A program made the translations under genes and the position numbers. From assembly GCA_046754465.1 (NCBI GenBank), contig JBHHVU010000009.1, positions 1-64,000 of the forward strand: a stretch of 64,000 nt of DNA. The letters are read 5' to 3'. This stretch comes from Nitrospinaceae bacterium (lineage in GTDB: Bacteria > Nitrospinota > Nitrospinia > Nitrospinales > VA-1). A model generated the notes under the pieces. That model saw only the letters and a list, made by a program, of their open reading frames with translations, was not told where the DNA came from and searched no databases. This document shows, piece after piece, positions 32,151 to 43,200 of the stretch (positions are counted from its first letter, which is position 1; each line of letters starts with the position of its first letter).

Positions 32151-34451
32151 TCAACTCAGGCCAGACTTTCTTCGAGTCCACCAATCCACAAACAAAAAAC
32201 CGACGATCAATCCGTAAGTCCACCAATTGTCCCAGAGAGAAAGGGATTTGCTTTTGGTTTTGACAAAAATTTTGGGATTATTGAACTGGTATTGGCTGAG
32301 GTCGACGGGACCTTCCAGCACGGCATGAATTCCCCCTGTGACTTTTGCCAGGGTTTTCATCAAGGTTTCGTTGACGAGGGGATGTTCAAATTCCGCCGTC
32401 TCGCTGAACACTCCAAACACGGCCTCCGCCGCCAGTTTCCCCCCCTGGCGGTCCGCTTCGGCCCGGACCGAATAAAATCCCTCTCCCTCAGGAAGGAACT
32501 GAAGGCCCCCATCCCCGTTTTCGTCGCTTTGGAGGGGATGGCTCTCGGGTTTTCCCAGGAGAGGACGCACGATCACCCTCACCTTTTCGCCCGGCGAAGG
32601 ATGGTAATCTTCATTGAGGATCTTGAATTTGATGAGGACTTCTTCTCCTTCCCGGTAGCGTTCCTTGTCGGTTTCGAGCTGCAGGAGGTTGGTGTCCGGG
32701 TCCTTGGTGAGCCAGGCGATCAGGTTATTCCAGAATTTCTGGTAATATCTTCCGCTCCCGCCTTCGCCGACTTTGTGAAAGTTCCAGCCCCAGGAGGAAT
32801 CGGTCGCGAGAACCACGCTCCGCCCCTTGCCGCTCCTTCCCGCAACCAGCACGGGATGGGAGCCCTGGCCGTCTTTTTTCCGAGTAGTGCTCAGCAGAAC
32901 GTGGGCTCCAGGCCGGGCCACCAGACCGAGGTTGATTCCGTCCAGGGGCGGCAGGGATTTCCAGATTTTCAGGTTCACCGCCTCGTCCTTTTCCAGCCGC
33001 TGAATGGGGTGCAGCACCAGTTTCCTGTTCGGTTCGGGCCGGAATTCCTCATTCACATAGGGCCGGCTCCTCCTTTGGAGGCTTACCGGTAAAATATCCT
33101 CGATGGGGGTGCGTTCATATCCCCCGCCCTGGAAAGAGAGTTCCCCGCCGATCATCAAAAAGGCGCCCCCCTTTCGGACATAGCTTTTCAGGTTGGTCAG
33201 CAGCTTTTTGCCGATGAAGGGTTTAAACCGGAAATTCTGAAAAATGACCAGATCGAATGAACTGAGATAATCCCGGAAAAGGAGGTTGGAGGGAAAAGGA
33301 ATGAGGCTCAGTTCGGACGTGGGCGCCGCGACATCGTCTCCGAGGGTCCTCAGGATAAAGAACGACAAGAGATCGACTTTGGGGTTGTTGACCAAAACCT
33401 CCCTCAGGAACCGGGAATCCCACGAGGGGCGCCCATTGAGGTGCAAAACACGAATGCGGTCGCGGATGATTTTTATCTGAAAATCCCTTCGGTTGTTGCC
33501 GGCGATGGATTCCCCGGCGAAGAGGGGAACGGAAAGCGTATAGATGAGTTTCCCGGTTTTGTTGGGGACGAATTGCATATTCACCTGATACCGAGGCCGG
33601 TCTTTCCGCACCTCGACGATTTTGGAAACCAGGATATTGTTCCCCTCCTTGAGCACGATGGGGACATTCTTGTTCCCCAGGGAAGACGCGTACACGGTGA
33701 TGGAAAGCTGGATCGGCTGATGCACGAATCCGAAATCGGCCACATCCAGGCTTTCAATGGCCAAGTCCTTGAAGGATTCATTGGTGCCCGCCTGAAAGGT
33801 ATGGACCGGTCCCTGGAACCCGGCGAGGGTCTCCACCAGGGAAATTGGTATTTCATCCGGCCCCCGGGTGAGGTCGGCTCCATCGGAAAAAAGCAGAATG
33901 CCCTGCAGCGGTTTTTCCTCATAGCGTTTCTTCAATTCCTGAAACACTTTGGTGAAATCGGTATTCACCTGGCTGGCCCGGTACTGGGGGGACCACTCGG
34001 TGCTGGGAACGGATTCCAGGTGGTCGGACACAAAATAATAGTCCACGTTGAAATCCTTTTTGAGCGATTCCAGGTAGTCCCGGTTGGCTTCCACGTTTTT
34101 CCGGACCAGGCCGATTCTTTCCGTTTCGGCGGGAAAGGTTTTGATGGACATGCTCTTGCTGTCATCAAGCAGCACGGCGAGGGAGTTTTTCACCGGATGA
34201 CTTTTTTTAAATTCGAGCTCGGGTTTCAGCAACAGGAGCATCAGAAGCACAAAGGTCACGGCCCGCAATCCGAAAAGGAAAACTTTTTTCCATCGTTGCC
34301 GGATTCGGGTCAAACTGGTCCAGCAAAACCACAGGGCAGCCAGGGTCAAGAGACACCACGCCGCCAGGATGATGCCGGCGTCGTCCGGCGCCCAGTGGAT
34401 GTCCCATTCGTTATAATCGGATAATCCAAAAAATTCGGTGAGGGGATTCAC
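32151..34451 (-). CDS. Membrane-anchored VWA + Ig-like + class I glutamine amidotransferase-like (DUF1355-type) protein
   Basis: Two N-terminal TM; MIDAS LLDDSKSMS..TDF..FSDG; GAFLMIGGELSF..LPV; FWNNLIAWL; C-terminal TM 'WWTRRKSGL'. Confidence 0.75.
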   Translation of the reverse strand: MNPLTEFFGLSDYNEWDIHWAPDDAGIILAAWCLLTLAALWFCWTSLTRIRQRWKKVFLFGLRAVTFVLLMLLLLKPELEFKKSHPVKNSLAVLLDDSKSMSIKTFPAETERIGLVRKNVEANRDYLESLKKDFNVDYYFVSDHLESVPSTEWSPQYRASQVNTDFTKVFQELKKRYEEKPLQGILLFSDGADLTRGPDEIPISLVETLAGFQGPVHTFQAGTNESFKDLAIESLDVADFGFVHQPIQLSITVYASSLGNKNVPIVLKEGNNILVSKIVEVRKDRPRYQVNMQFVPNKTGKLIYTLSVPLFAGESIAGNNRRDFQIKIIRDRIRVLHLNGRPSWDSRFLREVLVNNPKVDLLSFFILRTLGDDVAAPTSELSLIPFPSNLLFRDYLSSFDLVIFQNFRFKPFIGKKLLTNLKSYVRKGGAFLMIGGELSFQGGGYERTPIEDILPVSLQRRSRPYVNEEFRPEPNRKLVLHPIQRLEKDEAVNLKIWKSLPPLDGINLGLVARPGAHVLLSTTRKKDGQGSHPVLVAGRSGKGRSVVLATDSSWGWNFHKVGEGGSGRYYQKFWNNLIAWLTKDPDTNLLQLETDKERYREGEEVLIKFKILNEDYHPSPGEKVRVIVRPLLGKPESHPLQSDENGDGGLQFLPEGEGFYSVRAEADRQGGKLAAEAVFGVFSETAEFEHPLVNETLMKTLAKVTGGIHAVLEGPVDLSQYQFNNPKIFVKTKSKSLSLWDNWWTYGLIVGFLFVDWWTRRKSGLS

Positions 34452-35212
34452 TTGGAATAGTATCTTCGCAGCCGTTCGAGAATAATGGGCAGATGCACCA
34501 TATCTTTTTTATAGTCGAGGGTGAGGGAATACATGACGATGTTCACCGCCAGCCGAATGCTCCACTGCCGTTGCCTAGGCCCGCCCGCGATGATGTCATA
34601 GTTCCAGTAACCCAGCTTGTTCCGCGCCAGGGCCCCCCCCATGTCGTTGGTGGAATAAACAAGAACGGTGCGTCCCTTAACGGAAATTCCTTCAAGAAAG
34701 GGATTCAGAATCACCCGTCCCGCCGCCCGGTCGATCAGGTAAAACGAGCGGTAAATCGAATGGTCCCGGGGAACCTTTTGCAGGGGAATCTTCGGGAACA
34801 GACGGGAAATCATTTTGCGGACCGAAGCGTCGAACTCGGAATGGATCTTCGACGAGCCGTCGTCGATCCACAGGAATCCTCCAAAACTCAAAAAATGCCT
34901 CAATATCCTCAGTTCTTGCTCGGAAAAGGGTTCGAACGCGGCGTTCCCCGCCATGTACAAAAGGGGGTACTGATATAATTTGGGGTCGGTAAGCCGGATT
35001 TCAATGGGTTCCCGGTTGACCTCGATGGAGGTTCTGCGGGCCAGTTGCCCCAGCAGGCTGCGCAAGGCACCGGGACGGGGATTGTGGTTCCCTCCCCGAT
35101 ACTGGATCAGTGGAATCGTCAGGCGTGAATCCGACCCCCACACTTCCCGGGGGAACAGGCCCCACCCGCTCCCAATCGTCAAGAATATGATAGCTGAAAG
35201 GAATATACGCAT
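34448..35212 (-). CDS. DUF4159 domain-containing protein
   Basis: Signal peptide; YPLLYMAG, LRHFLSFGGFLWIDD, HSIYRSFY, LAVNIVMYSLTLDYKKD; ATGA overlap with the downstream gene. Confidence 0.8.
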   Translation of the reverse strand: MRIFLSAIIFLTIGSGWGLFPREVWGSDSRLTIPLIQYRGGNHNPRPGALRSLLGQLARRTSIEVNREPIEIRLTDPKLYQYPLLYMAGNAAFEPFSEQELRILRHFLSFGGFLWIDDGSSKIHSEFDASVRKMISRLFPKIPLQKVPRDHSIYRSFYLIDRAAGRVILNPFLEGISVKGRTVLVYSTNDMGGALARNKLGYWNYDIIAGGPRQRQWSIRLAVNIVMYSLTLDYKKDMVHLPIILERLRRYYSK

Positions 35213-35401
35213 GATTTGAGTTTAAACAGGATTGGATGGGTTTTCAATTGGGATAATTCGAGCCGGGGCCGCCGCCGGGGGACTCTTTCCTTTCAGGACT
35301 TCCCGGGGAATAAATGTTTTGCCTAACCTCGGTCGAGTAAGTTAGACTGAAATTGCATTTTTCAATTGCCCCGCGGATGATTTTTTTTTTAAAGACCAAT
35401 C

Positions 35402-36502
35402 GTGAAACGAACCATTTTACTCAATCCGGGTCCAGTCAACGTGACCGACAGGGTACGGAACGCTCTGTTGAGAGGGGATCTCTGCCACCGGGAAGAAGAG
35501 TTTGCCCAACTGATGGGATCCATCCGTACCAAGCTGGTCCAGGTGTTCGGTATCGAAGACGAATACACCGCCGTGCTCGTCACCGGTTCCGGAACCGCCG
35601 CCCTGGAGATGGCGGTGTCTTCCTGCCTCACCCCAAAAAAATCCATGCTGATCGTTCAAAACGGTGTGTACGGGGAACGGATCGCTAAAATGGCGGAGGT
35701 CTATCATTTCGAAAAACACGTTCTGGATTACCCCTGGGGAACTCCGCCGAAATTGAGCGATATCGAAAACGCCTTCCGGGAACATCTCGATATCGAAGTG
35801 GTGGCGATGGTTCACCATGAAACCACCACGGGGCTGTTGAATCCGATCGGCCCGGCCGGTGAACTGGCCCGCCGGTACGGGAAAAAATTCCTGGTGGATT
35901 GCATCAGTAGCCTCGGGGGGGATGCGGTCGATTTCGGCGCGGGGTCCATCGATATGGCCGTGGGAACCGCCAACAAATGCATCCAGGGACTTCCCGGTGT
36001 CTCGTTTGTTTTGTTTCGTAAGAAGGACCTGTGCCGGCTGAATAATATTCCGCCCCGATCCTGTTATTTTAACCTGGTGGAACACCACAAGGCCCAGGAA
36101 TCGGGGAACACTCTGTTCACCCCCGCGGTTCAATCCCATTATGCGCTGGAGGCCGCCCTGGAAGAATTGATGGAAGAAACCACCGCGGGGAGGATCCGCC
36201 GCTACCATGCCGCCGCCGCCCGGTTCCGGAAGGGGTTCGCCGATATGGGGCTTGAATGCCTGATCCCGGAAGCCCACCGATCCAACTGCCTCACCGCGCT
36301 CCGGCTTCCCGGGGGACTGTCCTATGCCTCGCTGCATGATGGGCTCAAGGAAAAAGGATTCGTGATCTATGCCGGTCAGGGCAACCTGAACAGCAAAATT
36401 TTTCGCATCGCCAATATGGGAAACATTCGCCCGGGGGAAATCGACCGGTGTCTGCAAGTCCTCAGAGAGTGTTGCGCCGAGAAAATTCAGATGCAAGGAT
36501 GA
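35402..36502 (+). CDS. Class V PLP aminotransferase, 2-aminoethylphosphonate:pyruvate transaminase (PhnW)-like
   Basis: LLNPGP, GSGTAALE, NGVYGERI, VHHETTTGLLNP, VDCISSLGG, ANKCIQGLPG, GFVIYAGQG, FRIANMG. Confidence 0.8.
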   Translation: MKRTILLNPGPVNVTDRVRNALLRGDLCHREEEFAQLMGSIRTKLVQVFGIEDEYTAVLVTGSGTAALEMAVSSCLTPKKSMLIVQNGVYGERIAKMAEVYHFEKHVLDYPWGTPPKLSDIENAFREHLDIEVVAMVHHETTTGLLNPIGPAGELARRYGKKFLVDCISSLGGDAVDFGAGSIDMAVGTANKCIQGLPGVSFVLFRKKDLCRLNNIPPRSCYFNLVEHHKAQESGNTLFTPAVQSHYALEAALEELMEETTAGRIRRYHAAAARFRKGFADMGLECLIPEAHRSNCLTALRLPGGLSYASLHDGLKEKGFVIYAGQGNLNSKIFRIANMGNIRPGEIDRCLQVLRECCAEKIQMQG

Positions 36503-36506
36503 CCCG

Positions 36507-37181
36507 ATGACCCTTTACGAACTGATGCAGGAATACTCCGGAGAAACCCAGGGGAAAACGGGAACGGCAACCGGAAATCCCGAATGGGGAACCGGTCTCG
36601 CCCTGTTTCACGCGAGCCTCGTGGAATCGGGCCTGGAATACGAGGGCCTTCAGGAAAACCCCCGGTTGACGGCCGTTCCGGGAGAAATCGATTGTTCCCA
36701 TATCAGCCATTTCATTGTCGCCTTTCTGCCGTTCAACTCGGTCACGGGAAAGAGCGAAATCAACAACGTGCTGTTCGAGGTATATTCCTTTTTCGATTGG
36801 ATGGACAAAAAAAATATCCCGCACGGGCTCACCGGGCTGAACCTCATGAAACTTGTCAGGGATTTGTGCGCCATGCAGGACCGTTGCCTGCAGTTGAGCC
36901 ATCTCCTGGACAATGAATCGGGCCGGGTGCTGGAAGACCCGCCGGAGATCGTTCACACCATCACCGATATGTTTTCCGTCCAGAAAATCGAAAACGACAT
37001 GGTCGTCCTCAAGGGCCGCCGGCAATCGGACCCGGTCCGCCTTCGTCTGCCGGACCACATCCTTCCCCTGTTGCGGCTGCACGATTGCATGGACCTCGTG
37101 CTGGGCGATACGTCCGAAAAATGGGTCCTCCTCGAAGCGGGCCAGGTGTACCCTGCGTATTCCCTGGAATCTTCGACCTGA
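36507..37181 (+). CDS. Hypothetical protein (224 aa)
   Basis: Starts 4 nt after the aminotransferase stop; globular composition, helical N-half and beta-rich C-half. Confidence 0.75.
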   Translation: MTLYELMQEYSGETQGKTGTATGNPEWGTGLALFHASLVESGLEYEGLQENPRLTAVPGEIDCSHISHFIVAFLPFNSVTGKSEINNVLFEVYSFFDWMDKKNIPHGLTGLNLMKLVRDLCAMQDRCLQLSHLLDNESGRVLEDPPEIVHTITDMFSVQKIENDMVVLKGRRQSDPVRLRLPDHILPLLRLHDCMDLVLGDTSEKWVLLEAGQVYPAYSLESST

Positions 37182-37204
37182 CCGCTCCCCAACCCACGGG
37201 GTGA

Positions 37205-37225
37205 CAGGTCCGGATGAAGGGCCTG
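37205..37225. terminator. Hairpin between convergent genes
   Basis: caggtcc-ggatgaa-gggcctg stem-loop between the 36507 gene and the CHAT gene 3' ends; no clear U-tract. Confidence 0.3.
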
Positions 37226-37278
37226 CCCTGGGGCCAAGCTACCTTTCCGGCGATCTGACAGGCTGATGGGATTATACT

Positions 37279-40200
37279 TTAACGGTAATCGCCGGTCAGG
37301 TTGAATCCCGCCCAATAGGAGGGATGGGGATAGAGTTTCTTGACCAGCAACTGCGCCTTCCTCAGACTTTCCGCCTTGTTGTCACGGACGTAGTTACGGT
37401 AGAAATGCTTGATCAGGATGGCCGTGGAAATATCGCTCACCCGCCACAGGGAAGAAAGGATCGCGTGTGTTCCGGCGTAAATGAACGCGCGATTGAGTCC
37501 GACCAGTTCGTCCCCGCCAGTGATGTCCCCTAATCCGGTCTGGCAGGCGCTGAGGGTCACGATGTCGGCATTGATTTGCAGGGAGAACACCTCATTCACC
37601 TCGAAATTCCCGTCCGCGTTCTCGTCCTTCGACAACTTCAGGGAGGAAAACAGGGGATTGACCGGATCGAACTCACCGTGGGAGGCGATATGGATGATCC
37701 CATATTCGCCGATATGCTTGTTGAGCCAGCTTTCCGTCGCTTTTTCCCGGGTCAGGACATCGATCTTCGGAAAATCCCATTGGATGGATTTGGCCTCCAT
37801 TTCCGCCAGTGGCAGATCGTAATTTAAGTCCCCCAGGTCGGGATTTCCCAGGGCCAGGACTTTCACCGAGGGTCCCTTGGCGAATTTTCTCTTAAAGGTG
37901 AATTTGAGGACCGAGGCGCTGGGCGAATAAAACAACGGGTGCCGCTCGACCAGGTACCCCCCGGCATCTTTCAGGGACGCGAAGGAAATATAGTGTAAAA
38001 ACCCGTTGGGAACGATGCCGAGGACGCGTTTTCCCGATATCAGTTTCCGGATGGGTTGGATCAGCAGGCCATGGAGCCGGGCGGACTGGTCCTCCACCGG
38101 AGCCAGTTGCTGCATACGTTTCCGGTAATCCTTGATCAATGCGTTGAGGTCCGCCTCGGTGACGGGGGTGCGCACCACATCGATCCGGCCCTTGACCACC
38201 ACCCAGGTGACCAGTTCCTTATCGGTCACCAGGTATTCAATCAGTGCCACCGGGAGCTCCAGCAGGTCATCTAATTCCTGGAGAGTGATGGAATCGACGG
38301 TGACGAAGGCGGAAATTTCCGGGCTTTGCTCCTTGGCCTCGATCAACAAATCCTGGTAACGGTTGCGCGCTTCCACCAGTTGCTTCCGGAGACGTTTGGC
38401 CGCTTCCTCGTCATCCCGAGAGCGAGCTTCCCCCACCCCTTCCTCGATCTTGCGGATTTTCTTTTTCTGTCCGGTCAGGGCGTCGTACAGTTTTTGGCTG
38501 ACCTCGTTCTTCAAACTGATTCTTTGGTTGCCCAGCAGATCGATAAAACTTCTCGACTTCGCCCGCTCGGCGAAGTTGAACGATTCCTCGACGCGTCCCA
38601 TGTCGAGAAGCAGGAGGATCAGTTCCTTGTACACGTCCTGTTTGTCGGTGAGGAACCCGTTCTGGAATTCCTCGACCTTGATGGCGGCGCGCATCCGGTC
38701 GACGATTTTCACCGCCTGTTTATAAACCTTCACCGCCTCGGCCCGATTCCTGGACGCGGCGAGGCAAACCCCCTCCCCCCTCAGGGCGCGCCAGTGCACT
38801 TCCTGGATATTCAGCGCCGCGGCCATTTGGGCGGTGCCGCGGAAAATGCCGATGGCTTCCTTACAGTTTTTTCTTTCCAGGTTCACGTGGCCCAGCTCGA
38901 GCATGGACTTGACCAGGTTGGTCTTGTTCCCGATTTCACGGCTGAGGTCCACCGCCTGCTTGATGTGGGTTTCCGCCTCATCCGTTTTTCCCATGCGCAG
39001 ATAGCTCATCCCCATGTTGCGGTGGGTGTACCCCTGGCCCCATTTGGATTTCAGTTCGATATCCTTTTCCAGCGCCTTCTTGAAAAACTCGATGGATTTC
39101 TCGTAGCGTTTGTCCTTGCGATGAACGAGGCCGATGTTGTTGTACGCCGTGGCGATGTCCAGGGGGGATTGGACCTCTTTCGCCAGTTCCAGGCTGTGGT
39201 TCAGGTGCGTGAGGGCGCGGGGGGAATCGTTCAGGGTCCAGTAGATCAACCCCAGCGTGTTGTAGATGAATGCCTGCTGACGCTTGTCGCCAGCGGCCTG
39301 GGCGATTTTCAGCGACTCTTTCTGGAACCGGAAGGCTTTCTGGTAGTTTCCCTGGTACCAGTGGGAATTGGCCTGGTACAGCAAGGCCTTGGAAAGGCCC
39401 TGCCGGAAATCGCCGTCCGTGGCCAGGGACTGGGCTTTCCCGTAATAATTCAGCGCCTGGGTGAAATCCCCTTCCTTTTCGGAGACCAGGCCGAGTTCCA
39501 GCAGCGTTTCCACGATCTGTTCCGGGTAGCCCTGCGCTTCAAACAAGTCATACGCCTGTTGAAAATATTTCCTGGCCTCGGAGTACTGGTTCAGCCGCAA
39601 ATAATAGATTCTCCCGATGCGCCGCAGCTCGCGTCCCTTGTTCAAATCCTCCCCGATTTCATCATTGATTTTCAGGGACGCGCGAAATGCTTTCAGGGCC
39701 TGGCCATAATCGAGCGCGTTTTCCTCGACGATGCCGAGAGTGCTGTAACTTTCCGCCAGCCGGTCCAGGATGCCATTTTCCTCAAAAATGGACAGGGCTT
39801 TTCGCAAGGTTTCCACCGAAACGGAATAGTTCTCCGCCCGCGAATAAAGAATGCCCAGAAAATAGAGGGCGTCGGCCAGTTCTTCGGGGTCCTCCTGTTT
39901 CCCGGCCCATTTCAGGAGGGCCGTCTGGTAATGGATGGCCTTGGGATAATCGCCCATGTTGTACGCGGCCTGGCCGAGCGTCTTGTAAATGCGATCGGCG
40001 AAGTTTTGTCCGGGAAGGAAATCGATGAGAACCAGCGCTTTTTCCAGATAATCGATCGCACGGATCCAGTCCTTTTCCTCCAGGAACGCCTTCGCGCCTA
40101 TCTGGGCGTTTTCCTTGAAATGGGCGTGGGCGAACCGGGTTTTCTCCTCTTTCCCCATTCCGGGAAACCCGTAGACCCGGTAACCCGTCCACGCCAGCGA

Positions 40201-43200
40201 CCCCGGATGCCGCTTGGCGATTTCGATTTGCGCCCGGCGCAGGGCCTCGGCGGGATTTCCCTCGCGGAAATCGCGGTAAAACAACTCCGTGAGTTCCGCG
40301 TGAATTTCAGGATCGAAGGCGCCCGTCCGCAAGAGAATTCCCGGATATCCTTTGGCCACCAGGCCCTGGATCAACGGCGCCGTCGGGGAAAGTCCGATCT
40401 CCGGATGGAACTCGTAAGTCACATCGGTCAAAGCGATGAAATTCGATTCAACCGGATCGGCGAACAAGTCCGCCAGAGGGATCCGTTCAAAACGGTTCGA
40501 GCCGCGTCCCAACCGGATATAAGAACTGGCCGGGTCGAGCCGGCCGAGGCGGGTTTCACTTGCGACGTGGATCACCCCGTAGTATTTCCATTGCGACTGA
40601 AACCGGCCGCGGTTCGCCTCCTCCCCGGTCAGATTGACCGCCGAGGCGAATTTTCGGGAAATCGTGCCGAACTTAGAAACCTCCACCCCCAGAAACCGCG
40701 AATTGTACAGGTTCTTCTTCGACTCCGCCTGTTGCAACTGGTGCAGCGAAGACAGGAAGGTGATGGGCATCATTTCCGCGAGAGATCGATCCGCTGGCCG
40801 CAAGGCCGCCCAGGGAAGAAACTCCAAATCCCCGTCCGCAATAATGAGGAGAGAAGAAGCCTTCTCCAAAGACTCCTTGACCGGTTTCACCAGCAGGCGG
40901 GATAAATCCTCAAGGTCGGAAGGCTGAGCCTTCGCCCCTTCCCCGACCAGCCGGGTGATCCGGTGCCCCCCCCCGGCACCTAGAGGTACACGGATCCCCT
41001 GGATGGATGCGGCATCCACCCGCCATACCAGAATGCCGTCAAACACCTTCTGGACCTTGAGGAGAAGTTCCCCGGGACGCAGCAATCCCTGAATCTCTTT
41101 CAGACCGGGCACCTCTGGAGCAAACAGGGAAGCCAGGACGGGGTCCTCCTCGCGCAACAGTTCCAGAACCTCCTGGTATTCCTCAAGGATTTCTTCCTCG
41201 CCGGATTCTTGGTCCGGAGCGGATTTTCTTGAGGAGGCCAAATCCTCCAGCCGCTTGGCGTAACCGCTCAATTCATCGACAAAGGATCGTCGGTCCTCAT
41301 TTACGGGATAAAAGCTGGGCCTGAGCGACAACAAAAGTTGCTGGTGTCCCTTCTCGGAAAAGTGGAGCGCCCGGGCGAACTGTTTTTTATCGAACAGCAC
41401 GCGGGTGATCGCCAGGTACAAGTCCTCCAGCAATGCCAGCGTGGAGGAATCCTTACCCACCGCTCCAAAAGGAAGACGGCTCAAAAGTCCTTCCGCTTCC
41501 AAGAGGAGAGGCAGACGCTTTTCCGGCGGCGCCATCAGGGAATCGATGTATTTGCGTTTCCAGCGCATCGCGGGCCGTTCCGGCGGGGAAGGATTTTCCC
41601 GCGCCTCCCCCTTTCTCCCCGCCAGATAGTAGGTCAGTTCCAGATTTTGCTTCAGCGCGGGTTCCATTTTGTCCCGCGGCAGCCCGCTTTGACGGAGGAG
41701 GGATAGACCCTCCTCGAAATACCGGATGGACTGGTTCACACGTTGGACGGCCGCTTTCAATTTCCCCGCCGTTTCCCGGATGAGCGTCCTGGAAGGAACG
41801 CTCTGGCTCCCCGGCCGGGCCCGGTCGGTCAAGCGGAAACCCAGGTAGTGGTTGAAAATCCCCAGGTAGTTCTTGATGAGAACGATATATTCCGGACTGG
41901 TGAATTCCTCGATAGGTCCGAGGCCCGCCGAAGCTTCCTCCAAAAGATGGATGGTATTTTCGATGGGGTCACGCAAGGTGAACAGGGGCCGGTTTTGACA
42001 CTGGGTGAATACGGCCTTGGCGATATTGGCCGCGTTCACCACGATGCCCCGCTTGTTGTTCAACCGCCGGCTGAGTTGGTAGGAGTCCTTAAAATAACCG
42101 ATACTGGAATCGTAATGGCCGCCGTGGTAAAGATAGTTTCCGATCTGGTTTTCAATCAGCGCCTTCTCCAGAAGGACGGGGATGTTTTTCTCGACATCCA
42201 GATTTTCGGGGATGAGGGCGAGTTTTTTCTGGAAATATTCCACCGCCTTGTCGTAATCGCCGAAATCGCCGTAGATCTTGCCGATGTAATGAAAGATCAG
42301 TTTCTGTTCGCCGGTTTTATCGAATCCCCTGGCAGCCCCCGAGGCGTCGGCATCGATTCCGGTTTCGATTTCGATGCCGATCAACGCGTCGTTTTTCTTC
42401 CCCGCCGCCCGTTGCACCACCCCGAATTTCTCCAGGTTGTCGATGGCCTGAAAATAAATACTGAGCGCCTGGTTCAGGGACTTGGGATCGGGCTCCTTTT
42501 TTTGCCGGTTCAAGGTGAACAGATTGTTGGCGATGTTTCTCAGCGTCCTGGAAAGAGAAACCTGGTTTCCCGCCTTGCGGTTGAGCTCCAGGGCTTTGGA
42601 AAAATACTCCACGGCCCGGGCGGCATCCCCGGTATCCTGGTAAACCAGGGCGATCCGGTCGTTGAGTTCGGCCATGCGGCCCGGATCATTTTTCTTCGAA
42701 ACTATTTTGAGCGCCTTCTTGAATTGAGCGGCGGCCACCGCGGGAAAACCGGACTTGAAAGCGCTCTCCCCAAATCGCTGCCGGAAAATGGCTTCACGGT
42801 TGGGATCGTAAAAGGGAAACCCGCTGGCACCCCTTTGCCGGTAATAGTGGTAGGCGGAAAAATGGTTTTTCAAAAGGTAATGACCATTTCCCAAATTCAG
42901 GAGCAGGTTGTTCTCGTTTTCCGCGTCGGTGGTTTCATCGTTGAGGGCGAGTGCCATGCGGTATTCATTCAAGGCCCGCTCCAGAAAGCCCTGCCCCGGG
43001 ACGCTCCGTTCCTTCTGCTCAAAGACCCACCCCAGCGTCTGGTGAAAAAACACCTGTTGGGCATTGATGGCGATCGCTTTCGAGATTTCGCGTTCCGCCG
43101 CGTCCAGGCCGGGCGGGTCGAGGTAGGTGTAGGCCAGTCCCAGGGCGTAACGATCGACCGCGGAATCCTCGCGGACTTTTAACCGGTTCTTGTAAAACCC

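Noticed and set aside
37200..37235. SRP RNA (caggtccgga.. resemblance)
   Set aside because: Lacks the conserved GGAAGGAAGCAGC continuation and the long flanking stem.
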